IMG/VR virus record: IMGVR_UViG_3300027754_005988
Span: 1 to 64,000 of that record
Length of the DNA: 64,000 nucleotides
Strand: one strand, 5' to 3'
Origin: a virus
Below the pieces are notes generated by a model. It ran no database searches and was not told the origin of the DNA. It saw only the letters and a list, made by a program, of their open reading frames with translations. Shown in pieces: positions 59,414 through 64,000 of this stretch. The position numbers were made by a program, and so were the translations under genes. Numbering within the stretch: the stretch's first letter is position 1; each line of letters starts with the position of its first letter.

Positions 59414-60145
59414 ATGAGAAAGAAAAATAAATTTAATCCAGAACTACTTAAAGAAGAACTTAATAGATTTAAACTATTAGAAAACTATAACTTCTATACT
59501 GGTAAACAAGAGGTTCCAGAATATCATGTACCAAATCCAGATGATAATGTTATCTTAGGTAATTTGGAAGAATTAGATGAAGCTGATGAAGAACCAACAG
59601 ATGATGAACTTGGAAATTTAGCTTCTGATTTAGGTGTTGATGCACCAGAAGATGAACAAGCACCAGAAGAACCTGCTGATGAAGAGCCAGCAATTGAAGA
59701 GCCAGCTATTGAAGAACCTGCTGGTGATGAAGTAGAAGTTGACGTTACTTCTTTAGTTAAGGGCTCTGAAGAGGCTAAAATGGCTGCTGATAAAGCAAGT
59801 CAAAATTCAGAAATGCTTTTACAAAAATTAACAGATTTAGAATCTAGGCTTTCTAGTATGGATGCCGTTACTAATAAAATTGCTGAATTAGAAAAAGAGA
59901 TAATTAAAAGAAATCCAACTCCAGTTGAAAAATTAGAAATGCGTTCTTTAAGTTCTTATCCTTATTCTCAAAAATTAACTGATTATTGGGCTGATAAAGA
60001 AGGTGCTTATGATGTTATGGATAAAGAGAAAGAAAAGAAAGAATATACTCTAACACAAAAAGATGTTGACACTAGTTATTCTGAACCTGATATTAAACAA
60101 AGTTTCAGCGTTAAAGAGGATGATTATACAGAAGAGGATATTTAA
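59414..60145 (+). CDS. Acidic coiled-coil protein, possibly scaffold or internal head protein
   Basis: Very Glu/Asp/Pro-rich middle (EEPAI repeats), followed by a coiled coil. Confidence 0.6.
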   Translation: MRKKNKFNPELLKEELNRFKLLENYNFYTGKQEVPEYHVPNPDDNVILGNLEELDEADEEPTDDELGNLASDLGVDAPEDEQAPEEPADEEPAIEEPAIEEPAGDEVEVDVTSLVKGSEEAKMAADKASQNSEMLLQKLTDLESRLSSMDAVTNKIAELEKEIIKRNPTPVEKLEMRSLSSYPYSQKLTDYWADKEGAYDVMDKEKEKKEYTLTQKDVDTSYSEPDIKQSFSVKEDDYTEEDI

Positions 60146-60167
60146 TAAAAAATAAAAATGATTAATT

Positions 60168-60188
60168 AAAGGCCCTAGGGCCTTTTTT
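60168..60188 (+). terminator. Intrinsic terminator
   Basis: Palindrome AAGGCCCTAGGGCCTT followed by TTTT. Confidence 0.85.
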
Positions 60189-60217
60189 ATTTTAATTACA
60201 TTTATTTTATTATTTAT

Positions 60218-60331
60218 TTGCTTCATAAATAAATTAAAAGTATATTTGTAAAAATATCTGTTAAATGCTATAAAAATACACAAAATAAATGCTGATATAG
60301 CTTGACTTTTGAGCAAAATTTAGTATATTTG
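60218..60331 (+). promoter_or_regulatory. Two tandem Bacteroidota-type promoters upstream of the SSB gene
   Basis: TTG 60218-60220 +20 nt TATATTTG 60241-60248; TTG 60302-60304 +19 nt TATATTTG 60324-60331. Confidence 0.7.
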
Positions 60332-60386
60332 TGTAACTAAAAAAGTAAATAAATAACATATATATAAACCTAAAAACAAAAACAAG

Positions 60387-61280
60387 ATGAGTGAATCAAA
60401 AAACCCACTAGCAGCAATGTTAGCGCAGTACGAGGCAAACAACAAACCTAAGTACACTAAATCAACTGAAGCCAAATCATATGATTTGAAAAACTATTTT
60501 AATACTTACATTAAAGAAGGTATTAAATCAGCAACAAAACAAATTCGTATATTACCTTCACAAGATGGAACTAGTCCATTTGTTGAAATGTATGCTCATA
60601 AAGTACAAATTGATGGTGATTGGAAAACATTACCATGTTTAAAACATGAAAAAGATGAGGCTTGTCCTTTTTGTGAGGCAAATGATGCTTTACGTGCAAC
60701 AGGTAAAGAGTCAGACAAAGAATTGGCTAAAAAATACAATGCTAAATTGTTTTACATTGTAAAAGTGATTGATAGAGAACATGAAGACGAAGGTGTTAAA
60801 TTTTGGAGATTTGCACATGATTGGACAAAAAGTGGAATCCTTGATAAAATCCAAGGTGTGTTATTAGCAACTAAAAAAGATTTTACACATCCAGCTACTG
60901 GTCGTGATTTGTCAATAACAATTAACAGAAATCAGTTAGGTAAGCCAACTGTATCTTCTGTATCTCATATGGACCCAACACCATTATCTGAAGATTCTGA
61001 TACCGCTAATGAATGGTTAGGTGATACAAGAACATGGGAAGATGTTTATGCTACTAAATCATATGATTTCATGGAAATCGTTGTTAAAGGTGGTGTTCCA
61101 GTATGGAATAAAGAAGAAAAAAGATTTGTTGATAAAGAATCAGTTAAAAATGATGGTGGAGATAACATCGAAGCTGAATTAACAATGGGTGTTGAAAACG
61201 TAAAAGCTAATATAAAACCAGCTACAGTAAAAGCACCAGTAAGCAATGATGATGATGATTCGGATGAATTACCATTTTAA
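60387..61280 (+). CDS. Single-stranded DNA-binding protein (T4 gp32-like)
   Basis: IRILP..PFVEMYAH..C..ACPFCE..VKFWRF..GRDLSIT; acidic tail DDDDSDELPF. Confidence 0.85.
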   Translation: MSESKNPLAAMLAQYEANNKPKYTKSTEAKSYDLKNYFNTYIKEGIKSATKQIRILPSQDGTSPFVEMYAHKVQIDGDWKTLPCLKHEKDEACPFCEANDALRATGKESDKELAKKYNAKLFYIVKVIDREHEDEGVKFWRFAHDWTKSGILDKIQGVLLATKKDFTHPATGRDLSITINRNQLGKPTVSSVSHMDPTPLSEDSDTANEWLGDTRTWEDVYATKSYDFMEIVVKGGVPVWNKEEKRFVDKESVKNDGGDNIEAELTMGVENVKANIKPATVKAPVSNDDDDSDELPF

Positions 61281-61293
61281 TAATCAAATTTAT

Positions 61294-61328
61294 AAAAAGG
61301 TCTGAGCAATTAGACCTTTTTTTTTTTT
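61294..61328 (+). terminator. Intrinsic terminator
   Basis: AAAAAGGTCT-GAGCAATT-AGACCTTTTT followed by a long T run. Confidence 0.85.
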
Positions 61329-61360
61329 CTAAAATAATAAAAATTAAATAATAATTAAAT

Positions 61361-62464
61361 ATGGCCAAAAAACCAGAGAAAAAATCGAATGAAAAAAAAG
61401 AATTTGACTTAGACGCATTTTTAGAATCTGAGAATATTAGTTCAGAACCAAAAGATAAAGAGTTATCATGGGTTCCATTATCAAAAGCATGGCATGATGC
61501 ATTAAAATTGCCAGGATTTCCTAGAGGTTTTGTATCACTTGTAAGGGGTTATTCTAACACTGGTAAATCAACAGCTTTTTATGAAGCAATTGTTGGTTGT
61601 CAAAAAATTGGTGATATGGCTATTGTTATTGAAACAGAAGGTAACTGGAATACAGAACATGCTAAACAAGTTGGTGTTAAATTTATTCAAGTAACTGATA
61701 AAGAAACTGGAAAAGTAACAGAAAAACCAGATGGTTTTATTTTGATGAAAAGCAAAGATTTATATAATAGATATAAAAACTACAATCATCAAGAAAGTAA
61801 AATGATGACAAAACCAACTAGGTTAGAACCAGTTATTGAAGATGTATCATTATTTATTAGTGAAATGATTCAAAAACAAGAGGATGGTATTATAAATAAA
61901 AATATGTGTTTTTTATGGGATTCTATTGGGACGCTTAATTGTTATAAATCTGCTTGTTCTAACACTAGTAATAATATGTGGAATGCAGGGGCTATGGGAG
62001 CTTTCCAAGCAATTGTTAACTTTAAAATACCTTCTAGTCGTTCTGAAGATAGTGAGTTTACAAATACAATGATTTGTGTTCAAAAGATTTGGTTAGATAA
62101 TATGAATGGAACCGTTGTTAAACATAAAGGTGGTGAGTTCATGTTCTTTAATTCTAGAATTATTGTACATATTGGTGGTATTTTAACACATGGTACTAAA
62201 AAATTAACAGCTAAAGCTTTGAATCAAGATTTTCAATATGGAACTGAAGCTAAAATTAGGTGTGAGAAGAACCATGTTACAGGCATTGAAAGAAATGGTA
62301 CTATTGCATCAACACCACATGGATATATCAACCCAGATGAGCTAGATGCTTATAAAACACAGAAAAGAAAATTCATACATGATGCATTAAATGTTAGTTA
62401 TGATACATCAATTGAATATGGTGAAGAAGATGGAACACTTGAAGGTGATGATATTAGAGAATAG
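61361..62464 (+). CDS. uvsX: RecA/UvsX-like recombinase
   Basis: Walker A GYSNTGKS, IETEG, Walker B FLWDSIG, KGGEFMFFNSRI. Confidence 0.88.
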   Translation: MAKKPEKKSNEKKEFDLDAFLESENISSEPKDKELSWVPLSKAWHDALKLPGFPRGFVSLVRGYSNTGKSTAFYEAIVGCQKIGDMAIVIETEGNWNTEHAKQVGVKFIQVTDKETGKVTEKPDGFILMKSKDLYNRYKNYNHQESKMMTKPTRLEPVIEDVSLFISEMIQKQEDGIINKNMCFLWDSIGTLNCYKSACSNTSNNMWNAGAMGAFQAIVNFKIPSSRSEDSEFTNTMICVQKIWLDNMNGTVVKHKGGEFMFFNSRIIVHIGGILTHGTKKLTAKALNQDFQYGTEAKIRCEKNHVTGIERNGTIASTPHGYINPDELDAYKTQKRKFIHDALNVSYDTSIEYGEEDGTLEGDDIRE

Positions 62465-62491
62465 ATTGTTTAACCCATTAAAAATGGAACT

Positions 62492-63529
62492 GTGAATAAA
62501 AGACCATCACGCAATGGTGAAATAATAGAAAAAAAACAAAATACACTTTTGGTAGACGGAAATGCCCTGTTTAAGACAGGCTTTTTCGGTGCCAAAAGCA
62601 TGTATAATTCAGAAGGTAAGCCAATAGGTGGTATTTATCAATTCCTTACAGTTATCCGTAAATTATTAACTGAAGACCTTTATCACAGAGTATATGTATT
62701 CTGGGATGGTAACTATAGTGGTAAATTAAGATATGAAATCTATAGTCCATACAAAAGTGGTAGGGGTAAAGACTATAAAAAAGGAACACAACCCACAGAT
62801 GAATCAGAGTTACAACAACGTAATAGAGTATGGGATTATTTAGCTGAAATGCACATCAGACAATTAAAACATGAAATCATCGAAAGTGATGATTTAATTG
62901 CTTATTATTGTTTAAATAAAAAACATAATGAAAAAATAACTATCGTAACAAACGATAGAGATATGGCACAATTAATAGATGATGAGATACAAATTTATTT
63001 TTGTGACCCAGCAATTAAAAATTATGTTGATAAATCAAATTTTTCTTCGTACTTTTGTTACCATCAAGAAAACGCAGCACTAATTAAAACAATGATTGGT
63101 GATAAAAGCGACACGATAAAAGGTATTAAAGGGTTAGGAGAGAAGAAATTGGTATCACTATTCCCGATGTTAAAAGAAAGTAAATTAACCTTAAACCAAA
63201 TAATAGATGAAGCTAAAAAACAAAAATTAGAAAGAATATCGGAAAAGAAACCTAATCTATTGATATTAGATAATATCATTAATGGTGTCACTGAAGGTGT
63301 TCAAGGTAAAGATATCTATGAAATAAATCATAAATTAGTTAACCTTAAAGAACCAATGATGACAGAAGATGGGATTAAACAATTACATGATTTGATAAAT
63401 GAACCATTAGAAAGAGGCGAATTTAGAAAAATATATGTTATGATGAAAAAAGATGGGTTAAATAAAGAAATGAGTGAATATAGATACGAAGATTTCTTAA
63501 TACCTTTTAAAAGTTTAATAACGAGATAA
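62492..63529 (+). CDS. 5'-3' exonuclease/flap endonuclease (T4 RNase H-like)
   Basis: GTG start; LLVDGNAL, FWDG..R..Y..YK..R, ESDDLIA, TNDRDMAQL, GDKSDTIKGIKGLGEK. Confidence 0.92.
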   Translation: MNKRPSRNGEIIEKKQNTLLVDGNALFKTGFFGAKSMYNSEGKPIGGIYQFLTVIRKLLTEDLYHRVYVFWDGNYSGKLRYEIYSPYKSGRGKDYKKGTQPTDESELQQRNRVWDYLAEMHIRQLKHEIIESDDLIAYYCLNKKHNEKITIVTNDRDMAQLIDDEIQIYFCDPAIKNYVDKSNFSSYFCYHQENAALIKTMIGDKSDTIKGIKGLGEKKLVSLFPMLKESKLTLNQIIDEAKKQKLERISEKKPNLLILDNIINGVTEGVQGKDIYEINHKLVNLKEPMMTEDGIKQLHDLINEPLERGEFRKIYVMMKKDGLNKEMSEYRYEDFLIPFKSLITR

Positions 63530-63553
63530 ATAATTAATTTAAAACAATAAAAA

Positions 63554-64000
63554 ATGGCAACATCAGAAACTAAAACAACAGAAGTAACAAACACAAATGA
63601 TTACGCAAAAAAAAATGAAGAAAGATTTGAATTTGTGTTATTTATAAATGACCACATTATATGTCAACGATATCTTAATATCAGAGATTACAATGAAGAT
63701 GCTATAAAATCATTAGAATTAAAAGACCTTGCAGATAGTATCGTAGGTGTTAATAATGGTTCATTTGGTGAAGTAGGTATTATACCTAAACATTTAAAGA
63801 ATAAAGCAATAGAATATTTGTGGAGTAATTATAACCCATATTATACTAAACCTGAAACAACAACTGATAAAATTGATAACTTTCAATTTGAAGTTAGAGT
63901 TGATAAAAAAGTGGTTTTAAGTTCTGGTTTTTCAGGTAATTTATTTCCTCCAAGAGTTAGATATGCTGTGGATATCAAAGAAATTATACCGTCTATTATG
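63554..64000 (+). CDS. Hypothetical protein, runs off the end of the window (absent from the ORF track)
   Basis: ATG 63554, MATSETKTTEV..ERFEFVLFINDHIICQRY.., open for 149 codons to the window end. Confidence 0.8.
   Translation, partial: MATSETKTTEVTNTNDYAKKNEERFEFVLFINDHIICQRYLNIRDYNEDAIKSLELKDLADSIVGVNNGSFGEVGIIPKHLKNKAIEYLWSNYNPYYTKPETTTDKIDNFQFEVRVDKKVVLSSGFSGNLFPPRVRYAVDIKEIIPSIM

Noticed and set aside
59660-59730. 15-nt tandem repeat GAAGAGCCAGCxATT
   Set aside because: A short in-frame EEPAI expansion in a disordered acidic linker; ordinary
710-63594. Short overlapping ORFs in the track (e.g. 710-907, 3591-3926, 20375-20701, 28824-29378, 34244-34576, 52627-53025)
   Set aside because: Shadow frames of AT-rich or GGT-rich coding DNA, nested in or antisense to well-supported genes, with no motifs
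1-64000. Stop-codon reassignment, as in some large gut phages
   Set aside because: Genes are full length in code 11, and TAA, TAG (41620, 52659, 62464) and TGA (22227, 47305, 58135) all end genes at sensible positions
1-64000. tRNA, rRNA, integrase or att sites, IS elements, invertible shufflon
   Set aside because: No cloverleaf or rRNA-like segments, recombinase or transposase ORFs, or inverted crossover sites were recognised by eye; tRNAscan-SE and Infernal were not run

Overview
A 64-kb AT-rich segment (about 30% GC by eye, not computed) of a large T4-like contractile-tailed phage. The host is probably a Bacteroidota: there are five exact TTG-N19/20-TAnnTTTG promoters, and start sites are A-rich with no Shine-Dalgarno sequence. 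No host housekeeping genes, integrase, tRNA, rRNA or CRISPR array were seen. Contents: (i) about 20 kb of Ser/Thr/Gly-rich fibre, adhesin and lectin-like genes (1-6 kb and 20-35 kb), with an AAH/TibC-like protein glycosyltransferase among them; (ii) neck, sheath, tube, tail chaperone, tape measure and baseplate genes; (iii) replication and recombination genes (PolB with an intein, SNF2 helicase with an intein, glutaredoxin, gp32-like SSB, UvsX/RecA, 5'-3' exonuclease); (iv) three free-standing endonuclease genes. Most notable: two paralogous genes fusing a Vsr/DUF559-type nuclease to a Mu Mom-like GNAT domain (possible single-chain cut-and-modify elements); a class 3 (WCT) intein starting with Leu; a GIY-YIG gene carrying a duplicate of its neighbour's N-terminus, with a frame-breaking T11 tract in that neighbour; a probable +1/-2 programmed frameshift in the tail chaperone; an unannotated 50-aa ribbon-helix-helix gene with a candidate operator; and an apparent synonymous-codon strand-skew switch near the helicase intein. 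All family assignments come from motif recognition by eye; no database searches were run.
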